A stretch of DNA of 64,000 nt from contig MU619338.1 in assembly GCA_025201805.1 (NCBI GenBank), forward strand, positions 7,894 through 71,893, read 5' to 3'. A model generated the notes under the pieces. That model worked only from the letters and a program-made list of their open reading frames with translations. It was not told the DNA's origin and searched no databases. This document shows positions 48,431 to 62,720 of the stretch, one piece after another; position 1 is the first letter of the stretch; each line of letters starts with the position of its first letter. Origin of the DNA: Parasitella parasitica NRRL 2501 (Eukaryota; Fungi; Mucoromycota). The position numbers and the translations under genes were made by a program.

Positions 48431-49928
48431 ATGGAGCATCAGTTACAACCACATCCTATGGCTGCTAAGGTGATTGATTTCACTGATTGGTCTTGTAACA
48501 CCACTGAAAATCTCGAGATAAGCCTAGGTAATCAGCCCAGAAGAAAGCGTGTTTGCTCAATGTTTTCTAACAATGATATGTTGCGTTAGTTCAACCACGA
48601 AAAGGCGACAGCAACTCCAATGAGCCAACAACATCGCTCATCTTTCATCCAGAATTTTCATATCCTATTTTCGGTGATCATGAGACAGCGTTTGGGTATA
48701 AAGATCTAACATTAAAGGTTTGTCGACCTGATTCATTCCAAGTACACTTGAAGCTGATCGTTTATGTTAGTTAAAGTACGCCTCTGGATCTTTACGACCT
48801 TTTATTTCAATGGATTATTCATCAAAATACCAGGCAGCGAGCTCTTCATCTATATCAGAAGACTCTCAAGCCGACGATTTAATAAAGATATTAGAAGACT
48901 ACCTTCCTCGGGGCTACTTGACTAATCAAAACGAATTTACCGATGTAATTCGGAGCGATTATACTACATTTAAGCCTCTTGGAGAAAAAATCCATGAATA
49001 CACTCGAGAAAATGACGATGGATCACTGGAGCAATTTGAAATTTTCAAGGTAAAGCATATTGAGGGATCAATAGCAACCGGTTAGCAATACTTATGTTTA
49101 TGTAGAATTCGTTTTCGAATACCAAATTTAGAGAATATCATTCACGTATGCAATTGTTTGTTTTGTTGTTTATTGAAGGATCTAGTTATATTGAGGATGA
49201 TGATGAAAAGTGGGAGATTTACACAAGGTATTTAAGATACACAACGATCCAACAACAAAAGAAGAAAAAAAGCCAGCCTACTAATTTATCCCAGTTTCAA
49301 GCATGAAAGGATAAACGACACAGAGGATGCTTATCATTTTATCGGATACAGCACAACATATCCATTTTATTGCTGGCCAGAAAACATCCGTATGCGAATT
49401 AGCCAGTTTCTAGTCCTCCCACCATACAAAAAACAGGGTCATGGAAGCAAATTATATCAAACAATCTACGAATTATTTCTGTCAAGAAACGAAATTTGCG
49501 AAATTACAGTAGAGGATCCCAACGAGGAGTTTTCAGACATGAGAGATAAAAACGATATTCGATACATGCTGGAGCATGGGGCCTTCAAAGGATTAAAAGC
49601 GCCCGTTTCTCAAGACAAAATCCAAGAATTATGCAACAAATACAAATTGACCAATCGACAAACACAGCGCTGTATAGAGATGTATTTATTGTCAAATGTG
49701 GATAAACTGAACGCCAAAGAATACAAAGCATATCGATTGCAAGTAAAGCAAAGACTGTATTCATTTAATTTTGCAAGTATTCTTAAATTTACTGGGTAAT
49801 CTACATTTTACTAATTTTTAGAATAGGATGTATTGAGAGAAATGGAAGAATCTGAAAGAAAAGAGAAACTTGAACAAACTTATCTTGGTGTAGAAGAAGA
49901 TTATCACAGACTTCTGGAGATTATTTAA
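48431..49928 (+). CDS. HAT1: Histone acetyltransferase type B catalytic subunit
   Basis: FHPEFSYPIFGDHETAFGYKDL, LFIEGSSYI, RISQFLVLPPYKKQGHGSKLY, ITVEDPNEEFSDMRD and YRLQVKQRL; last intron is GC-AG. Confidence 0.95.
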
Positions 49929-50123
49929 TGGACCATACCAATAGTATTATTAATAATAAAAAGAAAGGACATTTTCAAGAGATCTTGGGTTATTATACTA
50001 GAATTTCCTTGCTTATTTGATGGCGAAATTCAAAGATATATAGAGGAACCCTACAATCTTTTTTGCTGATTCAATGCAAAAACATGGCGGTTGAAATAAT
50101 AATACAAGCAGATTTTATTCATT

Positions 50124-53100
50124 TTATGTTTGAAGTGATTTCAACAATTGGGAAATGAACTTTTCTCGCTTCTCTTTAGCCACAACAGGATTGCGTTCCT
50201 TGAAATCAATAGGCGGTCGAAGCAAAACGGTGAACATTTCAACTAGGATAGAGCGATTAACACATTTGAAAATAACAAACTTTTCAACAGACTATCTTAC
50301 TGATGCGGGCTTCTCTTTGTTTCTTTACTGAACCGGGCGCTTTGTCAATAGCTTGTCTCAAAAACATGCCAATGTACAGCAAAACATTTCTGTGGAAGGG
50401 AGGAAGAGATTCCTTGAGCTTTTATAATTTCGTTAGTGGATGGATGTACACAACACATCAGATATATAATAGCCTTACACTATTCAATGCTTCAATAGAT
50501 TCAGAGGCCTCCAATGCGCGCTCGTACATATTGGTTGTGATGACAGGCTCAGGCAAGCACTCCAAAAATGCGACCAATACGTCAATCATCGAATTGGCGC
50601 TAATAGCCTCCTTTGCAAGTTGATCATTTTCCAAGCTTAATTCTGAAAGAGTACTCCTGACATCAAATAACTCATCATTCTCGTCTGCCTCTTTTGTAGT
50701 TCCAGGGTCAACATCACCTTCTGTCGTAGGTTCACCTCCGAGTAAAACGTTCGTATCAAACTGTTCTTCGTTATCCAAGCACTTTCGGATATAGGTGGAT
50801 ACAATGAGATCGCCATGCTCCAGAAACAAAGATCCCTGAGCAAACACAAAATGTGTTAGATCAATGTGTCAATACTGTTTTTATACTGCTTACAATCCTA
50901 AACATATTGGTATTCCACAAAAAGTTCATCATCTTCCATAGTTCCTTTGGCAAGTCGATTTGATTCAATGCAGGAGAAGGTGGCTGCTGAGAGGTGTTGG
51001 GTTCGGCAGGTTTGGCTCTTTGCAAATTCTTTGCAGCAGCTTCGCTGATAGGAACAGCCATCTCTGATAGCTGCTCCAAAGGTACACCAAAGCGGGTAGG
51101 TATATAATCTCCAGAAATGGAGATGAAGAAATCCTTGCTGTTTTCAAGACGAAGAATCAGTATATCCTCCATGGTTTCTTGTCCCCGATTCAATGGAGTT
51201 GAGATGGTGGGATCCACCGTAACTTCGAATCGAATCATAACCTTCTCACCAGGTGCCACAACGCCCGATAAGGGTGTAACTTGGAGCCATGGAGGTAAAA
51301 TGGTTCCAATGGTATCTTTGGGCAAAAACTTGAAGACGGTCAAAACAGTACCTGTATTTGTCAAGATAATATTTTGCTCCTTGTACTCCATGAATTGAAC
51401 TTTGCCGAAATCGACGTACGAGGAGGATATCTCTCCACAAGGCTGATCATCTTGGCTGTCTTTGAGTTGTTGGACCAGTTTCTCTTTTGTTTGTTTCTGA
51501 AGTTGGCTATTGATCTGGCGGATATTCAGTTCCAAAAGGGCTCTTACAGGCTTATGGTCGCTCATCATCATCTCCATGCAGTCTTTATAGCTCTTTAACT
51601 GTAAGCTTTGCTTGGTAGCACTTTCCCTGCCCTTTTTCCACAAGATACGGTCTGTCCAAGAAGGGGCTCGTCGCTTTTCACTGGTATCGTACTGATCAGT
51701 GCCTGGATCATACTTGTAAGTAGGTGCAAAAGTGATGTGACCCTCTTCAAACATTTGAAAGGTCCTGCCTGCACTGCGCTCAATGGACAATTGGTCAAAG
51801 TCGAGCAAAACATCCAGTCTGTCCTGTCGAAGCCAATTTTTGATAGCTGCCTCGTTCAAATTGACTCGATAGTTCAGATCGCCACACCAGACCAAGAAGC
51901 TAAACAATTCATTAGTCAAAGTGTTTCAACACTCCCAAACATACATCCTTACTCGTTGTGGAAAATCGACGCTTCAGTTTTCCAATCTCTCGTGCCATTC
52001 TTTGCCTCCAAAAACGAAACGCCTTCGTCGCCACCATCGTTCCAAGAATAATACACATATTCAGTCAGACGGTCTGGCTTCTGAGGAAACACTAATCGTT
52101 TTGATATTTCTGCAAAATCTTGGTTTCTTTTCTCAGTTTTTTCGGTAAAAGCAGCTAAATGGCTAGTGACAAAGCAGAGATAGCTATCGTGGAATCGCAG
52201 ACGAACAGAGATACCGCCTTTATTGCCCTAAGATAGCATTAGGTTTGGATGAATTTATTGGAACATTGCTGAACTTGCCATCATGTTCATCAACCCCACA
52301 CCTGCGTAAGTGCTCGAAACCTGAGAGATAAACGGTCGGTGATCATTCTTTGCAATGACAATCATGAGCATGGTGACCAGCTGCTTGGATTCCACTTTAT
52401 AGTAGTCTCTTCCGCCATCTTTTAGTGAGTCGATGATTGCTTTCACCCATGCGTTTTCTTTGGCAGGATCATATCGGATATAAGCTTCAGTATTTGTTTC
52501 CATTTCCTGAAGGCTGTTGGCAAGGGCTCTATTAGACATGCAGGTATAGTAAGACAAATAGCTTACCCGATAACGTAGAAGTCAGGGTCAAAAGGAGTGC
52601 CATCATCGGACACCAATGTTTCTTGAAGCCATTTTTTCAAGGAAGACGTTGGCAAGCTGCCATGCACATTCCATGTTCCTACAAAAACACTTGCGAGCAA
52701 AAAAGGTCAGCACATGTAAACAACAACAAAAAAAAAGCGCAGCCCGCCGTTCGTTTTACTTTGCTTTATGCCAATTGACAAACTCGTCCTCTTTATTCAT
52801 CAGTTGTGCATTGATCCAGTGATGCTTTGCTGCTTCGAATGTAATTCTGCATTCTTTGGGTGCATTCACAGTTCTCGTGCGCTTCAGATTGATCTTTGCG
52901 ATTGTGTCTGCTCGTTGAAGCGGCAGAACGTAGCGAAGAGAGCTTGCTCCCAAATCGTCGATGGTTGGTAAAGAATTGGCTCTGGAAGGCAGCGTCTTGT
53001 TTGCTTTCTGATCTATAGGGGATGCGAATGTGTCACAAACAACAGAGGACATTTGGCAAATTTAGTCCTTACCACTGTATTTAGAATAAGTCTTGGTCCA

Positions 53101-53819
53101 CTCGTGAGAATCATCTTCGGCAGAATCAACTTTTGCACTGGATTTGAGCTGCTTGATCTGACCCAACATGTCAGACATGATGGGTTTCTCTAAAAACATA
53201 ACGCTGGCGGAGTCTTTTTTCGCTGAAAATGTAACAAGCAGATCTATGTTTTTCCATGCATTTTGCATTAACAATAGAGTGGGTTGAATTAAATAGAACA
53301 AACCTGATTTACTGCTGTCTGGTAGGTTAGATTGAGCTGTATTGAGTTTACCGCAATTAGAGTTTGTTTTCTGCATTTCCAATTACGCTAGTTACCAATG
53401 TCAATTTTCAAGTCTGAATATATAGGGATGATTGCTAACACCAGTGGTGGCATTGAAGGCATTTGGGATTCTTGAAACAAGATCAAACTACAGATAAAGA
53501 TTAGTTTTTGCCATTGTGCCGTTCATGTTTATGCGAAAGTTTACCAAGACTCGTCATTTGAATGGCATACGATAGCCAGCAGACCTAGCACATTTCCATT
53601 TGATTTACCATCTACTATTTTAACCTGAGAGCTGTATCAAAAACAAAAAAAAAAAAAGTCAAGGACATTGATTAAAAAGCAAAAGACACGAAAATATTCA
53701 TGCTGCCATGAGAGGCAGCACATATCAAAGAGTAAAAAAGAAAAGGATATAATCAACAGTTTGTCTGGAGCATTCAAGAGACCATCGACTAGGCTACTTT
53801 TTTTTTTCGCACTCGACAT
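50124..53819 (-). CDS. OCRL: OCRL/INPP5B-type inositol polyphosphate 5-phosphatase (5-phosphatase + ASH + RhoGAP-like)
   Basis: GTWNV, GLMNMM-GNKGG, WCGDLNYRV, PTYKYD, RAPSWTDRILW and SDHKPV; ASH domain (VDFGKVQF...DILILRLENSKDFFI); RhoGAP-like PKELWKM...FLECLPEPVI. Confidence 0.92.
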
Positions 53820-54350
53820 TTCCACCTGTTTAACAAGCAAAAAAAAAATGAGAAAGAGGAGAAAGAGGGGAAAGAAGGAAAAGAGGGGAAAGATGTGCCA
53901 AGATTTAGTTTCGCCTTTAAACTGAACACTTTTTCCGGTATATTTTGTCGCTGATTTTGAGTAGGGTGTCGTTGTGTGCAAAAAAATGTCGCTGGTTAAA
54001 AAATAAAATGTCGTGTTGATAAAGGAACATGATGTGCAAAATTGCGATGCCCTAATTATTGATCAAGCAGCCATTGTGCAGGAGCACTATAATAGGTATA
54101 TTTAAATGAACAATTATTTGGATTTTTTATTATCTTATTTTCAAATGCAATGATAATTCTTTATCGACACTAACGACATGCACTTCAGATACGTAAAACT
54201 GAACAATCACCTAACGGGCCACACTATTTGAATTTCATAAGTGATAAATTATTTCAGAAATATCAGTTAGATATTAGAGATCTAAATAAACCCAAATTTT
54301 AGACATGTCTATAAAACTGCATAGGTATCTAAACTAAAAAAAAATAGTTA

Positions 54351-54400
54351 AACCACAAAACCACAAAACCATCAAAGTATCAAAGTACCAAAGTATCAAA
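54351..54400 (+). repeat. Short imperfect 8-mer tandem repeats (AACCACAA / ATCAAAGT)
   Basis: Direct inspection. Confidence 0.7.
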
Positions 54401-54667
54401 CTGCATATACTAATAAGACATTAATTTTTACGTATCCGTCAAATTATGCATTTACACAATGAAAAATCATAGCAGAATCAGCAAATGATAATCTCTATTT
54501 TTATAACTTCGCATTATCATTTTATGTTACATCTGTTGAGTTAAGTCAGCATATCCAATATCAAAAGGAAACAATATAGTTATAACGGACGGGTTGGTGT
54601 ACAAAAATGTGTTTGGTATAGCAAGTTATTCCCTATTTAGAATTTGATACTCTGCAATACAGTGCCG

Positions 54668-54692
54668 GGAACCTGGAACCTGGAACCTGGAA
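54668..54692 (+). repeat. (GGAACCT)x3.5 tandem repeat
   Basis: Direct inspection. Confidence 0.8.
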
Positions 54693-57229
54693 TCTACCAA
54701 AAGCTTAACTTTTGTTAGTAAAATTACTCTCAACCTCAATCCTAACCTCTATTTTGCTTTCTAATTTACATTTTTAGCATCAGAATTACGGAAAAAAAGA
54801 AGGGACTTTTGAACTGACATTAAGCAACAACGTTAATAGGGCTTCTCTGTCACTAGCAATTAGTAACTTATGAATTATTCACAAATACCAAGGGCTTATC
54901 ATAGCGAAAACATTGGATTCATTAATTATTCTCTTCTGCTTCCAACTCAATGAAGCACACCTGTTTTATTATTTTACTATTAAGAAAGGTATACTTGTGG
55001 CATAAAAAATACTTGCTTTATAGAGCTGTGTCATGTATTAGAATCGATATTGACGTGATATCATCTCCAGATAGATATTTTTACAGCTTAAAAGCAAGAA
55101 CTTTAGCTTCGTGTGCCATTTTTTGATTAATTTTGATAATCAAAAGTGCCCTAAAAACGCCAGAAATAGTATCCATTGGGAAAGAACTATATTATATATG
55201 ATTTTGGTGCAATTTGAGCATGATTTTTTTTTCGATGTAAAATCACGGATTTTTTCGATTTTTTCCTTGTATCTACCCATCCAAAATCATCGATTGTGCT
55301 TTATCCTCAAAAATGCGACTTTTTACTATAGCATATATTAGAGGAAAATGATCGTAAAAGACCATTCCTTGATCTGAAAGACTGAAAATGCGCTTTGATT
55401 AAGCAAAATATTGAATTTTCCCTCATGATCTGTTTTTGAGGTTTTCTCAGCAGAATTCCTTCCATAAGCATACGGGAATCATGAAAAGATACCATCGTGT
55501 AGAGCTTCCAAAAATACAGCTATTATCATAGACTGACAGTCGTGGTATGCATAGTATCAGGGGATGATATCTTGCCTCAAAGGAGTAATTTTGTTTTCGA
55601 AATGTCCAAATGGAGTTTTTGAAAGAATTTTTCTTTTCTGATTTTGGACGCGTTCAATCTCCGCTATTAATGAAAAATGGTATTATTTTGAAGAAAGCAT
55701 TAGCTTTGAGAAGCCATAGCTTACCCAATTTAAGATAAAAGCAATTGCAATTAAATTTATTAAAATGGAGTAATTTTTGGCTTTCTAATGGTAGCCCTTG
55801 CATGTCAGTACCTGGCCTGACGATCCCACGCTCCGATTTTAAAAAATACTTTTCCGAAAAAACGTCAGAAAAGTCGTTACCTTCATCTGGTGTCAACTTA
55901 AAAAGTACGAAAACTTGCTCTAAGCTATGCAAATATGTAATCAAAAGGTGTCTTATAGTCTAATGCATTACTTCGAATTATTTGTTTGTATTCGAAATCT
56001 CTAAACATTTTTTTCTTAGAGTTTTTTTCTTTTTTTCTGACAATAACACACTAAAGTTTGCGTAGGTCAAAACAAAAAACAGGCGCCTGAAATCTACGCT
56101 GGCTTTACAAAGACACACACTTTTGAACCATTCCAGTGTTATGGAAAAAAAAATACAGGCTGGACTAGCTGTTCTACTGTGGAACTGGATATAGAGAACC
56201 TAGCTTGGTACTTGTCTGACAAGACTTTCTAGACCAGAAGACGCCAGATCAACTGAAGGTATAAGAAAATGCCAGAGAAAAGGAAACAATCTGACACCAG
56301 GATAAAACACCCATTCATAAAAGATTATTTGTTTAGTAATGTATGAAATCCCAAGGACATATATGTGTTTATCTTCAACCTTGCTCTCCGTTCCTGAATT
56401 CAATTAAAAGTTTTTGATCCAAAGTCAACAGACACACTTACACCCAAAATCACAGATGTTTGTCAATAGACAACCACAGACTTTTTGAAAGACTACCTTG
56501 ATCTTTAAAAACTTCAAGGTATGATTTAGATAGCTTATTTCACAACACATTCTCTTTGCGTTTTCACTATGGATGAAACAAAGCAATTACTCTTTTTACT
56601 AAATATGGAAATCCCCACTCTAAATCTTTTTAGGGAGACATTTCACTTCTCCCAAAAATTTCCTAGCTTTTATAAGAAATAAAAGGTTTCTTTTCAGAAA
56701 CCCTGATATATTATCACGATCACCATGACCTTTATCATTCACTTGAACTTTTTTTAGAAACTGCAAAATGACAGTGTATGAAAAGTGCTCTAATTTGTAG
56801 TGGTTACAAAGCAAACTGAGTTTGAACCAATCCGTAATGCTAGGTAGGCTTCCATAGTAAAATCAACTACGGATTCATTCTAAAAGGTTCTGATTGGTAT
56901 CAACATTAGAAAGTAGTGTGCCGTAGCAAACGATTAGAATCAGTATAACTATGATAGAATTATTTATTCAATAAAAAACGACTCTTCATAATATAAATCA
57001 TCTGATCCCCACACTTCGAATATTACTTTTCAAGAATTAAATGAAGCATCCCATGAAGTACATAGGGACAACACAAAACGGTTTTTCCAAGTGTTATATA
57101 TTTTTATGGGCTCCCGTTTTTTGCGCCAAGTTAGTGCACCAAGAGATTATTTTGACTTGGTTTTCTTCAACAAACTCATCAAAAACTGGTGCATTAGTTT
57201 TTGATATAAATATACTCATTAGCATTGTG

Positions 57230-58570
57230 ATAACGTCATAATAACATTCAACCATTTCTGCCTTTTGGCTCTGTTTTGTATGCTGTTTCACTTCTTGTAT
57301 CGTAAGAGCTTTTTTCTACCGCCTTTGTACTAGAGGCCGATTGGATGGAATATGGATTATAGATTTTTGTATCAATTCCAGCTTTTTGTATGACTTGAGC
57401 TAACCAGTTTGCCACCGTAGCTGTCTTTGCCGATGAAGATTCTTTATCATGATCCAAATACGTCAAAAACATATGTATGATTCGATGGTAAAGCAGACCA
57501 AAGATGAGAGGTACGAGTAACATACTTGGTAAGTATTGTTGTTGGACATGACGTACTATCTTGAAGTCTTGACTGTGTGGTTTTGAGTTGACTTTCTATG
57601 GCTTCCTGAAAATGGGTGATGACTGACACTGCTTTGTTTTCTTGTGTAGTAAATATAACATTTCTATACTGAAGTGTCCCAATATCAGACCAAGGGCGAC
57701 CCATTGTAGCTATACATAAGCGCCTATAGTTTTCAGTTGAAGTTCCTGAAGTGAGATGTTATCATTATCAGGCCTAGTTTGTTTGAGGTATTGGCATAAT
57801 ATGTCTGTGTCCCAAGTGATTAATTGTGAGATTTTTGAAATCCTGATATATGTTTTCCGTTTTTCTTAAAAAAATTCGAGAATAATATCTTGGGAAACGA
57901 GTGCTGGTTTATTAGGATGAACATATCTATATATTGATGTTCTAGCCGAACTTAAACCATTAAGATGGGAAGTGGATAAATGCCTATGGTGAAGTAAAAA
58001 TAAGAAACCTTTTCAGGGTAGTAGTCTTCTGGTTCTACTGGTGGGTTTTGTAATTTGCACCATGCTGTCTATTTTCGCCATCATTGTTACAGTTTCTATG
58101 CGTGTACTTTCTTCATTCACTTTTCTAAAAAGTCAATTTGATCATCTTTCATTCTGTTTAACTTCCTTTTGTTCCGGATAATCGCCAAGCGATTATGTTC
58201 CACTGCTACAGTTTGAGCTGTACTGGTCGCGATATCTTCTTCATTCTCAATAATGTTGGATACGAATGTAGAGTTGTCCACTGTGGTGTCACTAACACCG
58301 CTTCTGTCAGTTTTTATTTCTTGACCTTTTGTGTTACCTGAAGTCTGAATTTTCATGGAAGGAATGGGTACATGCCCGTCTTTCTCCATGGTTGGCTGAA
58401 GGCGTCGATCGCTGCTGCTGCTGGGTCTGGCCTGAGACCCCAAAATTGTTCTACTTGATTCGTTCTTGACGCAAAGGCGTCGGTTGTCAACGGACACCAC
58501 CTTTGCTGTAGCATTCTGAATTTCTTTGCTGGTATTTGCTCCTGCACAAGCACGAGAAGATAGCATTTTA
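57230..58570 (-). mobile_element. Degenerate DIRS1-like tyrosine-recombinase retrotransposon fragment
   Basis: DAFASRTNQVEQFWGLRPDPAAAAIDAFSQPW (post-RNase H MT-like region); recombinase remnants MGRPWSDIGTLQ, TVANWL..VIQKAGIDT and YSIQSASSTKAV; frameshifts and stops. Confidence 0.8.
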
Positions 58571-58970
58571 AATAAAGTTTTTTATAATATTACATCCTAA
58601 ACTGTAGACTCGAAACAATATGAGATACTACTTTTTGTTACTAAGCTTTGTTTTATTTTGGGTCGACCTAGAATCCACATCGATCTTCTGTTCCTTTTTC
58701 AAAAACATTCTATTTTCTCGTCGAGCGACAAATAATTATCTTGGCAAGCGACACTTTAGTTCTAAATCAATGACATTTTTCATTTTTCATTTTTCAACCA
58801 GGAAACAGTGTAAAATCGAACGAACCTCGGTCAATCGTTTAACCGTATCCACCATGGTGAGCCTCTTTGATGAAGCTTGAGGTGACTATTTTGCAGTGAA
58901 AACCGCCATGTTAGTGCAAGAGATTTTTTCTGTTGCAACGCGTTTTAGGTCAACTAGTACATTTATCATC

Positions 58971-60366
58971 ATGTCTATCGCACTCCGAGAAGAAAACTTT
59001 GTTGTTATCAATGTGGGATCCACCATCACAACCGCCGGCATCAACATGCACGACACGAATAAACCTCCTAGCGTGGTAAGCTGATGAAATAGGCTGGTTA
59101 CATGGCACAATTAACCCACGTTTTAGATTGTCAACATGGCTGATTTCAACTATCCTATTAAAAATAACGTCATTGTCAACTGGAAAGACCTTGAAGAGTG
59201 CTGGCACCATATCCTGTTTAAAGAGCTCAACATTAAAAAATCACGTAACGAGAGCCCAGTGCTGATTGCCGTCCCTGTTCAATGGACAAAGCTTGAGCAA
59301 GAGCGCATCACCCAGATTTTCTTTGAAAACTTCAATGTGCCTGGTGTATACATCGCACCTCAGCCTTTACTGACATTATTCGGCTGCGGATCTGTCTCTG
59401 GAATGGTGGTCGACATTGGAAGCGAAAATACAGGTATAGTCATTATCTTACAAAGCACACAACACCCATTGCCAACCAGTCTGTAGATGTCAACATCATT
59501 GTCGACAGCAATGTACAACCTCAATCCGATTTCTCTATCCCCATCGGAGGAAACCACTTTGACACATATTTTCTGAAACTGCTGCAAAAAGACAACAAGC
59601 TTGTCGAGCAATTCGCAAACACAGGCTTGGAGCTAGACGTCGAGTTTGCCAAATTTGTACGAGAGTCACCCGGCATTTGCAACGTATCTGTTGGCCACGA
59701 ACTGGAAGACAACATGCTCGCAGCCGAATTATCAAACGCCATGGAAGAGCTGCCTACAGAATCAACTGAAGACTTGATAGATGAAGAAACCCCAAAGAAA
59801 GTCGAGGAAGAGGATGTGGGCGATGTACCCGAAAATGTTGAAATAGAGTACAAGGAGCACAAATTCACCATTGGCCCCTACAGACACGATTGCATGGATG
59901 CATTGTTTAACCCTGAATTGTTGAACATAGACACTCCATCACTTCCAGAGGTAATGCGATTATCAGCCATGAATTGTGAGCCACCAGAGATCAGACCTAA
60001 GCTTTGGGAAAACATTACTGTCGCGGGCGGTTGTTGCTTGACCGCGGGAATCACAAAACGCATCAAAACCGAAGCGCAGCTCTTTTTACCTCATTCAGAT
60101 AACACTGGCGACACACAGCCTCGCCAATTAAGCTTTCTTAGAATACCAGACTATTTCACTGTGCTCAAGGACAAACAGTACCAGCCATATTCCACTTGGC
60201 TAGGAGCAGAGATTGTTGCAAAGGTAAGCAAATCAAGCATGTATGCATCTGTATACCCGTCCGACTAACACGGCATTAGCTTGTATTTATCGATGCAAAG
60301 AACTACATCAGCAAAGTGGATTACAATGAATCTGGGCCTTCAGTAGTACATACAAAAACATATTAA
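58971..60366 (+). CDS. ARP9: Nuclear actin-related protein, Arp9-like (SWI/SNF, RSC)
   Basis: Actin fold (VVINVGS, ERITQIFFENFNVPG, VVDIG) with Arp9-type C-terminus RIPDYF...WLGAEIVAK-LVF...ISKVDYNESGP. Confidence 0.8.
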
Positions 60367-60777
60367 TTGACTTACTACTACTATATATCGCTATGGAAGA
60401 TAAAATAAAAATAAAAAAACACACATCTTTTTAATCAAACGTCTGGTAGAATCGTTGGGTTATATACGCAAGTATTACAACAAAATATGTGTCCATTTCG
60501 AATCTAATCGGTGCGTACGGGTATCTTCTAATACAGATAGCTTGCAATGCCATTGGGCTCTCCGTAAATAGTTGCATCTGATATATATCTGCAATCATAT
60601 ACAGCTCATTTGAGTAAATGATTGGCAACAATTTTCAAAACTGAAATTGAATTACGTGCTTATCTGTGCTGTGCACATTGTTCTGGTGGATTATAATGGA
60701 AGGATATCAGAGCCGCTGCCGCGTCCTCCTTTTTTTTTTCAACACTACCTGATAATTACTATACGCCAAGAAATAAT

Positions 60778-61618
<841 letters not shown>

Positions 61619-61989
61619 AATAATACAAGTGAATTATATGCGGAAAAGAACCTTTTTCCAAAGACACTTTGACAATCATAGCAAAGGTTTGTGGACCACG
61701 TCAAAAAAAAAAAAAATCAAAGATAAAAAGAGAATGAAAAAATAAAAAGAGGTTGATGTTTGCCCGATATGTAACACCACAAAGAGGCATTTTATATAAA
61801 GTGTTTGAAATGAAAACTTGCGGGGAAAATGTGGATACAGTAACGAAAGACTAGCTCGTTTAGTGGTTATTTCGTAGAAAAAAATAGTTGGTTATAAAGT
61901 TTGATGTGTCAATAATTGGCGCAATGTCGGTCAAGATTGCGCATGTGAGCTGACGGAATACAAGGTCTCTCGATTACATCAATGATGAG

Positions 61990-62400
61990 TAACAAAAAGA
62001 GGAGCATCCATTATCAATTTCGTCAAATCTTGCAGGGTTTTTGGGACCAAGACTTCACCAAGTTTGTGAAATGTGTATACCCCATTTGCTGGCAACAACA
62101 AGATATAGAAATGCATTACTCGGCCAGTCGCTTAAAATTTAAGTACAGCTTCCATCTTGTGAGTATCCAATGCATCTTTACAGAATGTTGCCGCTCGCAG
62201 AAAGATCTATGCATAAAAGAAAAAGGTTGCTGCCGACTTGACCTCTCCGTTGGTCGCCAAACAATCGTCTTTTCTAGCTTCCAAAATAATTTCGTTTGTC
62301 CATCGTAAAAACATGCCGTGATCGGGATCATCAAAAAGACCACATAGAAATGGATCAGTATACCAAGATATAAGTTCAAATTCGTTGGTGTCATCATGTA
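61990..62400 (-). pseudogene. Decayed fragment of Mucorales PD-(D/E)XK multicopy family
   Basis: DPFLCGLFDDPDHGMFLRWTNE...GEVKSA..*..LRAATFCKDALD..*ATGR..FYILLLPANG, with in-frame stops. Confidence 0.6.
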
Positions 62401-62404
62401 GTAT

Positions 62405-62720
62405 CATAAGGAACCAGTGCTGAGTTGTCCAATATGGAGTAGCCAATATCAATTTCTTGATTTCCTTGCCTTCACTTGATATAACACTTGTGGAATTAGT
62501 TTCCATGACGGCAAGCAACAAGTTCCTTTCTTTGGCCAAACCTGAGCGAATGCAACTATGGCTTCTGCAAATGGGCCTGGAAGCAGACCCCAGTACCTCT
62601 TCAGTTGTTTGTTGTGTCGATTCGCAAATGCATCTCCTTCAACGTCCTATTTGGAATCTTTGATTCGTATAATGGTGAAAGTTTTTTCCCACATGGCTGA
62701 TTCGCTTCCCTTTCTTGAAG
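62405..62720 (-). mobile_element. Second DIRS-like fragment (MT-like region)
   Basis: DAFANRHNKQLKRYWGLLPGPFAEAIVAFAQVWPKK and ILATPYWTTQHWF. Confidence 0.7.
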
